Assembly (NCBI GenBank): GCA_036262935.1
Contig: DATAHW010000108.1
Span: forward strand, 23,958-87,957
Direction: 5' to 3'
Length of the DNA: 64,000 nt
Source of the DNA: Gemmatimonadales bacterium
Lineage (GTDB): Bacteria > Gemmatimonadota > Gemmatimonadetes > Gemmatimonadales > GWC2-71-9
The notes under the pieces were generated by a model. That model had not been told where the DNA came from. It did no database searches and saw only the letters and a list, made by a program, of their open reading frames with translations. A program made the position numbers and the translations under genes. Shown piece after piece: positions 40,645 to 49,743 of the stretch; position 1 is the first letter of the stretch; each line of letters opens with the position of its first letter.

Positions 40645-41974
40645 TTCCGGCCTCCTGATAGTACTCCATCCCCAGATGCGTGATCTGCTCCTCCCCCATC
40701 AGATACCGCAGCGTGTTCTTGAGCTTGGTCTGCTGGATGAACAGGTCGTGCTCGGGGTAGAGGCCCGGGGCCACCTGCGGGCTCTTGAAATAGAAGGACA
40801 GCCACTCCTGGATGCCGCTCAGGCCGGCGCGCTGCGAGAGGTCGAAGAACAGCGCCAGGTCGAGCACCAGCGGGGCGGCCAGGATCGAGTCGCGGCAGAG
40901 GAAATCGACCTTGATCTGCATCGGGTAGCCCAGCCACCCGAAGATGTCGATGTTGTCCCAGCCTTCCTTGTTGTCGCCGCGCGGGGGATAGTAGTTGATC
41001 CGCACCTTGTGATACAGGTCGCCGTAGAGCTCGGGATAGAGCTTCGGCTGGAGGATGAAGTCGAGCACGCCGAGCTTCGATTCTTCCTTGGTCTTGAAGC
41101 TCTCGGGATCGTCCAGCACCTCGCCATCCCGGTTGCCGAGGATGTTGGTCGAGTACCAGCCCGCCACGCCCAGCATCCGGGCCTTGAACATCGGCGAGAG
41201 CACGGTCTTGACCATCGTCTGGCCGGTCTTGAAGTCCTTGCCGCCGATCGCCACGCCCTTCGACTTGGCGAGCGCCACCATGGCGGGGAAGTCGCAGGTC
41301 AGGTTGGGCGCGCCGTTCGCGAACGGGACGCCCTCCTGGATGGCGGCCCAGGCATAGAGCATCGAGGGGGCGATGGACGGATCGTTCGCGTCCATCGCGC
41401 GCTCGAAGGCCTCGAGCGTCTCGTGGGCCGGGCCGTGGCTGATGAAGATCTCGGTCGAGGCGCACCAGACCACCACCAGGCGATCGCAGCCGTGCCGCGC
41501 CTTGAAATCGCGGATGTCCTTCCGCAGCGCCTCCGCGAGGTCGCGCTTGGTCTTGCCGACCTTGACGTTCTTGCCCTCGAGCCGCTTGACGTAGTTCTGG
41601 TCGAACACCGCCGGCATCGGCTGGATCGCCTTGAGGAAGTCGGCGATGGGCTCGAGGTGGTCGTGCCGGTCGAGCACCCCGGCCTCCCGGGCGGCGGTGT
41701 AGGCATCGTCCGGCACCGGGTCCCAGGCGCCGAAGACGAGATCCTCGAGGGCCGCGAGCGGGACGAACTCCCGGATCAGCGGCGCGCGCGCCTCGGTCCG
41801 CTTGCCCAGCCGGATCGTGCCCATCTGGGTGAGCGAGCCGATGGGCCGGGCCGCCCCGCGCCGCACGTTCTCGACGCCGGCGATGAATGTGGTCGCCACG
41901 GCACCCAGCCCGACGCAGAGCACCCCAAGCTTTCCCTGAGCCGGCGCAATGCGCCGGCCGGTCTGATCCGCCAC
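40637..41974 (-). CDS. ino1: myo-inositol-1-phosphate (inositol-3-phosphate) synthase
   Basis: 445 aa. GKLGVLCVGLGAVATTFIAG (NAD site), WCASTE, GKDFKTGQT and LAAPLVLDL give the MIPS layout. Confidence 0.88.
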   Translation of the reverse strand: MADQTGRRIAPAQGKLGVLCVGLGAVATTFIAGVENVRRGAARPIGSLTQMGTIRLGKRTEARAPLIREFVPLAALEDLVFGAWDPVPDDAYTAAREAGVLDRHDHLEPIADFLKAIQPMPAVFDQNYVKRLEGKNVKVGKTKRDLAEALRKDIRDFKARHGCDRLVVVWCASTEIFISHGPAHETLEAFERAMDANDPSIAPSMLYAWAAIQEGVPFANGAPNLTCDFPAMVALAKSKGVAIGGKDFKTGQTMVKTVLSPMFKARMLGVAGWYSTNILGNRDGEVLDDPESFKTKEESKLGVLDFILQPKLYPELYGDLYHKVRINYYPPRGDNKEGWDNIDIFGWLGYPMQIKVDFLCRDSILAAPLVLDLALFFDLSQRAGLSGIQEWLSFYFKSPQVAPGLYPEHDLFIQQTKLKNTLRYLMGEEQITHLGMEYYQEAGKS

Positions 41975-41977
41975 GAG

Positions 41978-42655
41978 CTAACGTCCTTTCGCGAGAGTAT
42001 CGAGCGGCATGCCGGCGTCCCGCGCAGGGGACGGCTCGGGCACGCCATCGGCGGTCCGGTAGACGTACACGAACCGCTGGATCACGGTGATGACCGAGGC
42101 CACGGCCAGGAGGGCCACGATGGCTTCGAGGAGCAGCGCGTGCGGCCCCGCCCCGAACACCAGTGACGCCACCCCGACCAGCAGGATTCGCTCGGCGCGC
42201 TGGGCGATCCCCACCTTGCACTCGAGCCCGAGTCCTTCGGCCCGGGCCCGGGCATAGGAGACCAGCAGCGAGCTGAGGATGGCCACCATGCAGGCGATCG
42301 TGGCCGCGACCCGGTGGGCGACGTCGGGAGCCGTCAGGAAGTAGGCGCCGATGCCGATGAAGGTGGCCCCGTCTCCCACCCGATCCAGCGTCGAATCGTA
42401 GAAGGCGCCGAACCGGGTGACCATCGCGCCACCCCGGGCCACCTGGCCGTCCAGGGTGTCGGCGACCCCGCTCAGCAGGAGCAGCAGGCCGCCGATGCGG
42501 ATGTGGCCCGTCCCGAACACCGCCGCGGATACCAGCACCAGCCCGGTGCCCACCGTCGTGATGGTGTTCGGCCGCACGCCGGACCGGATCAGCCGCGCCA
42601 CCAGCGGATCGACCGCCGCGTAGAACGGCTTCTCCAGGGCACCGAGCAGCTTCAC
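41978..42655 (-). CDS. CDP-alcohol phosphatidyltransferase (candidate phosphatidylinositol-phosphate synthase)
   Basis: GTG start at 42655 (VKLLGALEKPF). The family motif D-x2-DG-x2-AR-x8-G-x3-D-x3-D reads ADTLDGQVARGGAMVTRFGAFYDSTLDRVGD. It ends 3 nt upstream of ino1. Confidence 0.8.
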   Translation of the reverse strand: MKLLGALEKPFYAAVDPLVARLIRSGVRPNTITTVGTGLVLVSAAVFGTGHIRIGGLLLLLSGVADTLDGQVARGGAMVTRFGAFYDSTLDRVGDGATFIGIGAYFLTAPDVAHRVAATIACMVAILSSLLVSYARARAEGLGLECKVGIAQRAERILLVGVASLVFGAGPHALLLEAIVALLAVASVITVIQRFVYVYRTADGVPEPSPARDAGMPLDTLAKGR

Positions 42656-42786
42656 GTCGCTTCCGACTCCCGGATAGGATGTGGGCGGCCGGCCACCGCG
42701 ACCCGTAACCGGGCGAAAGGATAATCGGCAGAACCGGTTAGGCGCAATCGGAGCGGTCCAGTGGAACCGGCGTCGCACCCGGACGG

Positions 42787-42875
42787 AACTGTCATCCCGA
42801 GCGAAGTGAGGGATCTACTCGGCTGGTCCCCGAGCGAGGCGCAGTAGATCCCTCGCTTCGCTCGGGATGACAGTT
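42787..42875. repeat. palindromic element: 33-bp inverted arms (AACTGTCATCCCGAGCGAAGTGAGGGATCTACT / AGTAGATCCCTCGCTTCGCTCGGGATGACAGTT) around a 23-nt loop
   Basis: The arms are complementary at 32 of 33 positions; the mismatch is a G-U pair in RNA. It sits in the 250-nt gap downstream of the NamZ-like gene and upstream of the CDP-alcohol transferase/ino1 operon. The architecture differs from the k-mer hairpins. Confidence 0.8.
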
Positions 42876-42905
42876 GAGCGCCGGACAACCGTTTCCACCC
42901 GCGCG

Positions 42906-44150
42906 CTACTCCGGATACAGCAGCACCGCGCGCCTCCGCTCGCGAAAGCGCTGGAGCGCCGGCTCCCACCCGTGAACGATGTCCGCCGAGGGAATGCCGG
43001 CGTCGATCTGGCCCCGCAGCCTGGGCCCACCCGCCAGCCGGTCGAACTGTCGGGGAATCCACTGGAACCGGTCGCCGTGCACGGCCCGGACGGCCGCCAG
43101 CAGATGCACGGCGACGGCGGTCGGATCGTAGCGGGCCCGATCGGTGGACTCGAGCCGGATCCCGCTGAGCAGCGTGTCGGCGTACTTGCCGTCTCCCGGG
43201 TGCTCTGGCGTGAACGTGACGCCCGCGAACCGCACGCCCGGAAGTGATGCCCGCCGCACCCGCGCCAGCACCGCCGAGGTGTCCAGCCACGGCGCCCCGA
43301 TCTGCTCGAAGGGCGCGGCCGAGCCGCGGCCCACACTCAGGTTGGTGCCCTCGAACAGGCACAGGCCCGGGTAGTGGTACAGGCTCTCGACCGACCGGAG
43401 ATTCGGACTGGGCGGCACGAACGGGAGTCCGGTGGCTTCGAGTCCCGCGGCTCGCCGCCATCCCGAGACGGGCACCACGGCGAGGTCGGTCGTGAGCCCC
43501 AGGTCCGATCGCGCCAGCCGCGCGAGCTCGCCCAGCGTCATGCCGTAGCGCATCGGCACCGCGAGCAGCCCCACAGGCGACGCATATGCCGGGTCGAGCA
43601 CGTTTCCCTGCACCGCCCCGCCGATCGGGTCGGGGCGGTCCAGCAGCACCACCCGGATCCTTCGCCGGGCCGCGGCCCGCATCACCTCGACCGTCGTGAA
43701 GAGATAGGTGTAGTAGCGGGCACCCACGTCCTGCAGGTCCACGAGCAGCAGGTCCACCCCGTCGAGCATCGCGTCGGTGGGGGCGGTATTCCGGCCGTAC
43801 AGACTATAGATTGGTAACCCGGTAGCCGAATCGATCGACGAGGCGACCACGGCGCCCGGCTCGGCGGCGCCGCGGAAGCCGTGCTCGGGACTGAACAGCG
43901 CCACGAGCCGGACGCCCGCCGATCGCAGGCGCACCACGTCGCTGATCCCTTGTGCATCCACGGCCGCCTGGTTGGTCACCAGCCCGACCCGACGGCCGTG
44001 CACCACCGCCAGGCTGTCGGCCAGCAGCACGTCGATGCCGGGCCGCACCGTGCCGGTCGCCGGCGCGAGGGATGTGGGGCCGCGTGCCCCGCAGCCCAGC
44101 GTCCATCCGCAGAGTCCCAGTACCACGAGAGATCTGTGCACGCCAAGCAC
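42906..44150 (-). CDS. DUF1343-family lipoprotein, NamZ/YbbC-like exo-beta-N-acetylmuramidase
   Basis: Lipoprotein signal (M)LGVHRSLVVLGLCGWTLGC. VGLVTNQAAVD, ALFSPEHGFRG, LVDLQDVGARYYTY and LDRPDPIGG motifs. The start is GTG 44150 or GTG 44141. Confidence 0.85.
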   Translation of the reverse strand: MLGVHRSLVVLGLCGWTLGCGARGPTSLAPATGTVRPGIDVLLADSLAVVHGRRVGLVTNQAAVDAQGISDVVRLRSAGVRLVALFSPEHGFRGAAEPGAVVASSIDSATGLPIYSLYGRNTAPTDAMLDGVDLLLVDLQDVGARYYTYLFTTVEVMRAAARRRIRVVLLDRPDPIGGAVQGNVLDPAYASPVGLLAVPMRYGMTLGELARLARSDLGLTTDLAVVPVSGWRRAAGLEATGLPFVPPSPNLRSVESLYHYPGLCLFEGTNLSVGRGSAAPFEQIGAPWLDTSAVLARVRRASLPGVRFAGVTFTPEHPGDGKYADTLLSGIRLESTDRARYDPTAVAVHLLAAVRAVHGDRFQWIPRQFDRLAGGPRLRGQIDAGIPSADIVHGWEPALQRFRERRRAVLLYPE

Positions 44151-45893
44151 CTCGCGCTCGCAATGGTATGGCTCGTCGGCTGCGGGCCGGCACCGGTCGC
44201 CGGGCCCGTGCCGGTCAGCGCACCGGGCATGACGGCCGCCGGCATCGACAGCCTGCTGGACACGCTGCCGCTGCGCGACCGGGTCGCGCAGCTCGTCATG
44301 CCCTGGATTCCCGGCACCTACGCCGCGCTGGACGATCCCGAGCTCATGCGGACGCTCGCCTGGGTGGATTCACTCCACGTGGGTGGACTGCTCGTCTCGG
44401 TGGGATCCCCGCTCGACATCGCGGCGAAGCTTAACTATCTGCAGCAGCGCTCGCCGCTGCCGCTCCTCATCGGCTCCGACCTCGAGAGCGGCACGTCGTT
44501 CCGGCTGATCGGCGGGACGCCCTTCCCGCCCAACATGGGCGTCGCGGCCGGCGGCGGCGAGCTGGCGGCGTACGACATCGGGACGATAACGGCCAGGGAG
44601 GCGCGCGCCGTCGGCATCCACATCACCTTTTCTCCCGATGCCGACGTCAACAGCAATCCGGACAATCCCATCATCAATCTCCGCTCGTTCGGCGAGGACC
44701 CGCGCGCGGTGAGCCGCCTGGTGGCGGCGGCCGTGCGCGGCATCCAGGACCACGGGCTGCTGGCCACGGCCAAGCACTTTCCCGGGCACGGCGACACCGA
44801 TGTCGACACCCACCTGGACCTGCCGGCCACGACGGCCACCTGGGCCCGGCTCGACTCCGTGGAGCTGCGGCCGTTCCGCGCCGCGATCGACGCCGGCGTC
44901 GCGGCGATCATGTCGGCGCACATCGCGCTTCCCACGGTCGACGCCGGGGTGCACCGGCCCGGCACGCTCTCACCGGTGGTGCAGACGGCGATCCTGCGGG
45001 ACTCGCTGGAGTTCCGCGGCCTCGTGCTCACGGACGCGCTCAACATGGGGAGTCTGGTGCGGAACTATACGCCGGCCACCGTGGCGGTCGAGGCGCTCCG
45101 GGCCGGCGCCGACATTCTGCTCCAGCCGGCGGACCCGGCCGTGGCGATCGACGCCGTCGTCGCCGCGGTACGCGACGGGCGGATCTCGCGCGAGCGGCTC
45201 GACCGCTCCGTCCGCCGCGTCCTCGAGGTGAAACGGAGCCTTGGCCTGTTCGCGCACCGCGGCGTGCGGCTCGACAGCATTCCCGCCGAGGTGGGCCGGG
45301 CGGAATACCTGGCGCGCGGCGCGCAGATCGCCGCGCTGAGCATCGTGCTGGCCGAGGACCGGGACGGCACGGTCGATTCCCTCCGCGCGCGCCCCCAGCC
45401 GGTGGCGCTCGTGAGCTATGGGGACGACCGGAGTCCCACCGCCGGCATCGCACTCGCCGCCGAGCTCAAGTCGCGTGGCTACGCGGTGAGCGCGTTTCGC
45501 CTTTCGCCGGCGAGCGGGGAGGCCGGCTACGACTCCGCGCGCGTCGTGCTCGGACGCGCGCCGGTCGCGGTGTTCGCCGTCGCCATCCGGCCCGCGCCGT
45601 GGCACGCGAACGGGGTCAGCCTGCCGCCGGCGCTCGCCCGGCTGATCGACAGTACGTCCGCGGCGCGACGCACGGTGCTCGTTTCCGAGGGGACGCCCTA
45701 CATGATCCGGGAGACGCCCGGCGTTTCCTCCTATCTGCTCGCCTGGGCGGCGGACCCGGTGAGCGAGACGGCGGCCGCGCGCGCGCTCGCGGGCGCCGCG
45801 CTGATCACCGGCCATCTCCCGATCACGATTCCCCCCCGCTACCCGCTCGGCGCCGGCCTCCGGCGCGGCGCCGATCTCGGCGCCCGGCCCTGA
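44136..45893 (+). CDS. nagZ: glycoside hydrolase family 3 lipoprotein, two-domain NagZ/YbbD-like beta-N-acetylglucosaminidase
   Basis: The GTG at 44136 gives (M)HAKHLALAMVWLVGC (lipobox). GH3 motifs: LLIGSDLESG, ITFSPDADVNSNPDNPIINLRSFGEDP, KHFPGHGDTDVDTH and LTDALNM. ATG 44163 is an alternative start. Confidence 0.85.
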   Translation: MHAKHLALAMVWLVGCGPAPVAGPVPVSAPGMTAAGIDSLLDTLPLRDRVAQLVMPWIPGTYAALDDPELMRTLAWVDSLHVGGLLVSVGSPLDIAAKLNYLQQRSPLPLLIGSDLESGTSFRLIGGTPFPPNMGVAAGGGELAAYDIGTITAREARAVGIHITFSPDADVNSNPDNPIINLRSFGEDPRAVSRLVAAAVRGIQDHGLLATAKHFPGHGDTDVDTHLDLPATTATWARLDSVELRPFRAAIDAGVAAIMSAHIALPTVDAGVHRPGTLSPVVQTAILRDSLEFRGLVLTDALNMGSLVRNYTPATVAVEALRAGADILLQPADPAVAIDAVVAAVRDGRISRERLDRSVRRVLEVKRSLGLFAHRGVRLDSIPAEVGRAEYLARGAQIAALSIVLAEDRDGTVDSLRARPQPVALVSYGDDRSPTAGIALAAELKSRGYAVSAFRLSPASGEAGYDSARVVLGRAPVAVFAVAIRPAPWHANGVSLPPALARLIDSTSAARRTVLVSEGTPYMIRETPGVSSYLLAWAADPVSETAAARALAGAALITGHLPITIPPRYPLGAGLRRGADLGARP

Positions 45894-45909
45894 CCCTCCG
45901 AGGAACCTG

Positions 45910-47709
45910 ATGCACCTCGTCGCGTCCGACTGGCTGATCATCATCCTCTATTTCGTCGCCTCGGCGGCCATCGGCCTGGCCTACACCCGGAAGGCCGGCA
46001 AGTCGCTGGCCGACTACTTCGTCTCGGGCCGCTCGCTGCCGTGGTGGCTGGCCGGGACCTCGATGGTCGCCACCACCTTCGCGGCCGACACGCCGCTGGT
46101 GGTCGCGGGGCTGGTGGCCAAGTACGGCGTCGCGGGCAATTGGCTCTGGTGGAACGGGGCGTTCTCCGGCGTGCTGACGGTGTTCTTCTTTTCGCGGCTC
46201 TGGCGGCGCGCGGGCGTGCTCACGGACGTCGAGTTCGCCGAGCTCCGCTACGGCGGCCGGCCGGCGGCGGTGCTGCGCGGGTTCCGCGCACTCTACCTGG
46301 CGCTCCCCATCAATCTGATCATCATGGGCTGGGTGACACGGGCGATGGTCAACATCCTTCAGATCACCCTCAACATCGATCCGTGGAAGGCGGCGATCTT
46401 CCTCTTCGGCTTGACCGCGCTCTACAGCGTGTTCGCGGGGCTCTGGGGCGTCATCGTCACCGATCTGTTTCAGTTCGTCTTCGCCATGGGCGGGTCCATC
46501 CTGCTGGCCGTGCTGGCCGTGCAATCCGTCGGCGGGCTCGACGCGCTGACCGCCCAGGTCTCCGCGCACTTCGGCTCGACCGAGGCCGCGTTCGGGGTGA
46601 TTCCTCCGCTCGACGCGCCCTGGCTGCCGATCACGACCCTGCTCGTCTGGCTCAGCGTCCAGTGGTGGGCGGCGTGGTACCCGGGCCAGGAGCCCGGAGG
46701 TGGCGGGTATGTCGTGCAGCGCATCCTCTCGACCAAGGATGAGCGGAGCGGACTGCTGGCCACGCTGTGGTTCACCATCGCCCACTACGCGCTCCGGCCG
46801 TGGCCGTGGATTCTCGTGGGGTTCGTCGGCCTGATCCGGTATCCCGGACTCGCCAACCCGGAGGACGGCTACGCGAAGGTGATGGTGGACATTCTGCCCT
46901 CGCCGTTCAAGGGCCTGCTGCTCGCCGCCTTCGCGGCGGCATACATGAGCACGATCAGCACCCATCTCAACTGGGGCGCGTCCTACCTGGTCAATGACGT
47001 ATACCTCCGGTTCATCAAGCCCCAGGCCAGCCCGCGGGCGCAGGTCGTCGCCTCGCGGGTGGCCACCGCCGTGCTGATGGTGTCCTCGCTCATCGTCATG
47101 GGATTCCTGAGCAGCGTCGAGCAGGGCTGGAAAATTCTGATCGGAATCGGCGCGGGGACCGGGCTCGTGTTCATCCTCCGCTGGTACTGGTGGCGGGTGA
47201 ACGCCTGGTCCGAGATCAGCGCCATGGTGACCTCGTTCGTGGTCTCGCTGCTCCTGACCATCTTCGGCCACTCGCTGAGCGACACCAGCACTCCCGACTA
47301 CGCCTTCACGATGCTGACCACCGTGGGGGTCACGACCGTGGTCTGGCTGGCGGTCACGCTGCTCACCGCGGCCGAATCGGAGGCGACCCTGGACCGGTTC
47401 TACCGCCAGGTTCGGCCGGGTGGCCCCGGCTGGCGGCGGGTGGCCCTCAGGCTGGGGTACGGCGATGACCGGATCCCCGGCGGCGCGCTTTCCTGGATGA
47501 ACTGGGTGGCGGGCCTCGCGACGGTCTATGCGTCGGTGTTCGCGGTGGGCGCGGTGGTGACCGGATCACCCAGGCGGGGGTTGCTCTATGCGGCCGTTGC
47601 GGTTGCGGCTTTCCTGTTGATTCAGCGCAACTTGCGGGCCGACGAGCAGCTCGCGGCCAGCGTTGACACGACGCTCGAGCCCCGGTTACGTTTCGACCCC
47701 GGAGAGTGA
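45910..47709 (+). CDS. sodium:solute symporter (SSS) family transporter
   Basis: 599 aa with about 13-14 TM helices. N-terminus DWLIIILYFVASAAIGLAYTRKAGKSLADYFVSGRSLPWWLAGTSMVATTFAADTP is typical of SSS. A GAGGAA Shine-Dalgarno lies upstream. Confidence 0.85.
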   Translation: MHLVASDWLIIILYFVASAAIGLAYTRKAGKSLADYFVSGRSLPWWLAGTSMVATTFAADTPLVVAGLVAKYGVAGNWLWWNGAFSGVLTVFFFSRLWRRAGVLTDVEFAELRYGGRPAAVLRGFRALYLALPINLIIMGWVTRAMVNILQITLNIDPWKAAIFLFGLTALYSVFAGLWGVIVTDLFQFVFAMGGSILLAVLAVQSVGGLDALTAQVSAHFGSTEAAFGVIPPLDAPWLPITTLLVWLSVQWWAAWYPGQEPGGGGYVVQRILSTKDERSGLLATLWFTIAHYALRPWPWILVGFVGLIRYPGLANPEDGYAKVMVDILPSPFKGLLLAAFAAAYMSTISTHLNWGASYLVNDVYLRFIKPQASPRAQVVASRVATAVLMVSSLIVMGFLSSVEQGWKILIGIGAGTGLVFILRWYWWRVNAWSEISAMVTSFVVSLLLTIFGHSLSDTSTPDYAFTMLTTVGVTTVVWLAVTLLTAAESEATLDRFYRQVRPGGPGWRRVALRLGYGDDRIPGGALSWMNWVAGLATVYASVFAVGAVVTGSPRRGLLYAAVAVAAFLLIQRNLRADEQLAASVDTTLEPRLRFDPGE

Positions 47710-47743
47710 CACCACCAGACGTTCTGGACGAAGGGAGCAACGC

Positions 47744-48112
47744 ATGACGGGCATCGAGCAGCAGGCCCCGGCCACGGGCTTCAATATGACCCTGACCGAA
47801 CGGGCCGCTGAAGAGGTGCAGAAGTTCATGGTGCAGGAGCAGGTCGCGCCGGAAACGGCCGGCCTTCGCGTCAGTGTGCTTCCCGGCGGCTGCTCGGGCT
47901 TCAAGTACAGCCTGAACATCGAGGAGCGCGCGCTGGACGACGACATGGTCCACGAGGTCAACGGCGTCCGCGTCTTCGTCGATGGCTTCAGCGCCCAGTA
48001 CCTCAGCGGCATCACGATCGATTACGTCACCTCCATGCAGGGGTCGGGGTTCACGTTCAGCAACCCCAACGCCAGTGGTGGGTGCGGGTGCGGGAGCAGC
48101 TTCACGGCATAA
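47744..48112 (+). CDS. A-type iron-sulfur cluster carrier (IscA/ErpA/HesB family)
   Basis: From the ATG at 47744 behind a GAAGGGAG Shine-Dalgarno: LRVSVLPGGCSGFKY...F.NPNASGGCGCGSSF is the HesB signature. Confidence 0.9.
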   Translation: MTGIEQQAPATGFNMTLTERAAEEVQKFMVQEQVAPETAGLRVSVLPGGCSGFKYSLNIEERALDDDMVHEVNGVRVFVDGFSAQYLSGITIDYVTSMQGSGFTFSNPNASGGCGCGSSFTA

Positions 48113-48243
48113 CTGCGGTAAGCAGTGAGCGGTAAGCGGTAAGAGGGGGTGGTCGGAGGAGCGCAGCTCGCCGGGCCACCCCCTCTTCCTTAAGTACCGC
48201 TCACCGCTCACCGCTCACCTCTTACCGCTCACCTCTCACCCCC
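48113..48243. repeat. long hairpin built from tandem heptamers (GCGGTAA/GCAGTGA array facing ACCGCTC array) with a perfect 12-bp core AAGAGGGGGTGG/CCACCCCCTCTT
   Basis: The sequence is CTGCGGTAAGCAGTGAGCGGTAAGCGGTAAGAGGGGGTGG, a 23-nt loop, then CCACCCCCTCTTCCTTAAGTACCGCTCACCGCTCACCGCTCACCTCTTACCGCTCACCTCTCACC. It starts right after the iscA stop and runs up to the conserved N-terminus of the next permease. Confidence 0.8.
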
Positions 48244-49743
48244 CTGTCCCCTCTCGACCTCGCCGTCATCGGGCTCTACTTCGCCGCCACGCTTGGCATC
48301 GGGCTGTGGACCACCCGGCGCCAGGAGACGGCCGGCGACTACTTCCTGGGCGCCCGCAACCTCCCCGCCTGGGCCGTGCTCCTCTCGATCGTGGCCACCG
48401 AGACCTCCGCGCTCACGGTCATCTCCGTACCCGGCATCGGTGCCCGCGGGAGCCTGGTGTTCCTGCAGCTCGCGTTCGGTTACCTGGTGGGCCGCATCGT
48501 CGTCGCGGGCTGGTTGCTGCCCGGCTACTTCCGGGGAGAGCAGGAGACGGCCTATGCCCGCCTCGAAACGCGATTCGGTCCGGGCACCCGCCGCCTGGTT
48601 TCGGTCGTCTTCCTGGTTACCCGGTTCCTCGGCGACGGCGTCCGGATCTACGCCGGCGCGATCCCGCTCGCGCTGGTCACCGGGTGGAGCATCCCGTTTT
48701 CCATCCTCGCCATGGGCGGCGTGACGCTGATCTACACCTGGTTCGGCGGACTCAAGGCGGTCGTCTGGGCGGATGTGGTGCAGCTCGCGGTGTACGTGGC
48801 CGGCGGCGTGGCGGCCCTGCTCATCGCGTGGCAGTTGGCGGGCGGCCCCGGCGTGGCGCTCGGTACCGCGGCAGCGGCCGGCAAGCTTCGGCTCATCGAC
48901 CTGTCAGTGGACTTCAGCTCCACCTACACGCTGCTGGGCGGCCTCGTGGGCGGCGCCATGCTCTCGGCTGCGTCGCACGGCACCGACCAGCTCATCGTGC
49001 AGCGCCTGCTCGCCACCCGCTCGCTCAAGGATGCCCGCGTGGCCCTGATCGGCTCCGGCGTGGTGGTGATCGCCCAGTTCCTGCTCTTCCTGCTCGTCGG
49101 CTCGGCCATCTGGGCGGCCCATCTCGCGCCCGCCGGGCTGCCGGCCGACCAGATCTTCCCGCGCTTCATCGTGGAGCAGCTTCCCGCCGGGCTCGCCGGG
49201 CTGGTCGTGGCCGGGATCCTGGCGGCCGCGATGAGTACGATCAGCTCCTCGATCAACGCGCTCGCCTCCTCGATGACCCACGATCTGTACGCCGGCTGGA
49301 CCGGCCGGCGGGACCCCGAGCATCTGCTCGTAGTCGGGCGGATCTTTTCCGCCGTCTGGGGCATCGGGCTCATCGGCGGCGCGCTCTTCTTCGAGCGTTA
49401 CGCGGGGGGCAACGACACGCCGGTCGTGGTGCTGGCGCTTTCGATCGCCTCGATCACTTACGGCGCGCTGCTCGGCACCTTCCTGCTCGCCACCCGGTGG
49501 CCGCGCGCGAGGGGGCGCGACGTCGTCGGCGCGGTGCTCGTTACCGTGGTGGCGATGCTGATCGTCGTGTTCGCCCGACCTCTCGCCGGCATGGCGGCCC
49601 TGGACTGGCTCCGGCCGGTGGGCCGGCTCGCGTGGCCGTGGTACGTGCCGCTCGGCACGCTGCTGGCCGTCGGCACCGGTGTCGCCCTGAGCTATCTTCC
49701 GGACCGTGCCGCCCTGCCCACTTCACGGATGAGCGAACGGTGA
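48244..49743 (+). CDS. sodium:solute symporter (SSS) family transporter; no canonical start codon at the expected N-terminus
   Basis: The track ORF starts at GTG 48376. The same frame upstream encodes the conserved first TM helix and motif (PLDLAVIGLYFAATLGIGLWTTRRQETAGDYFLGARNLPAW). That frame is open back to a TAA at 48133 with no ATG/GTG/TTG. CTG 48244 is the only plausible start. Confidence 0.72.
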   Translation: MSPLDLAVIGLYFAATLGIGLWTTRRQETAGDYFLGARNLPAWAVLLSIVATETSALTVISVPGIGARGSLVFLQLAFGYLVGRIVVAGWLLPGYFRGEQETAYARLETRFGPGTRRLVSVVFLVTRFLGDGVRIYAGAIPLALVTGWSIPFSILAMGGVTLIYTWFGGLKAVVWADVVQLAVYVAGGVAALLIAWQLAGGPGVALGTAAAAGKLRLIDLSVDFSSTYTLLGGLVGGAMLSAASHGTDQLIVQRLLATRSLKDARVALIGSGVVVIAQFLLFLLVGSAIWAAHLAPAGLPADQIFPRFIVEQLPAGLAGLVVAGILAAAMSTISSSINALASSMTHDLYAGWTGRRDPEHLLVVGRIFSAVWGIGLIGGALFFERYAGGNDTPVVVLALSIASITYGALLGTFLLATRWPRARGRDVVGAVLVTVVAMLIVVFARPLAGMAALDWLRPVGRLAWPWYVPLGTLLAVGTGVALSYLPDRAALPTSRMSER

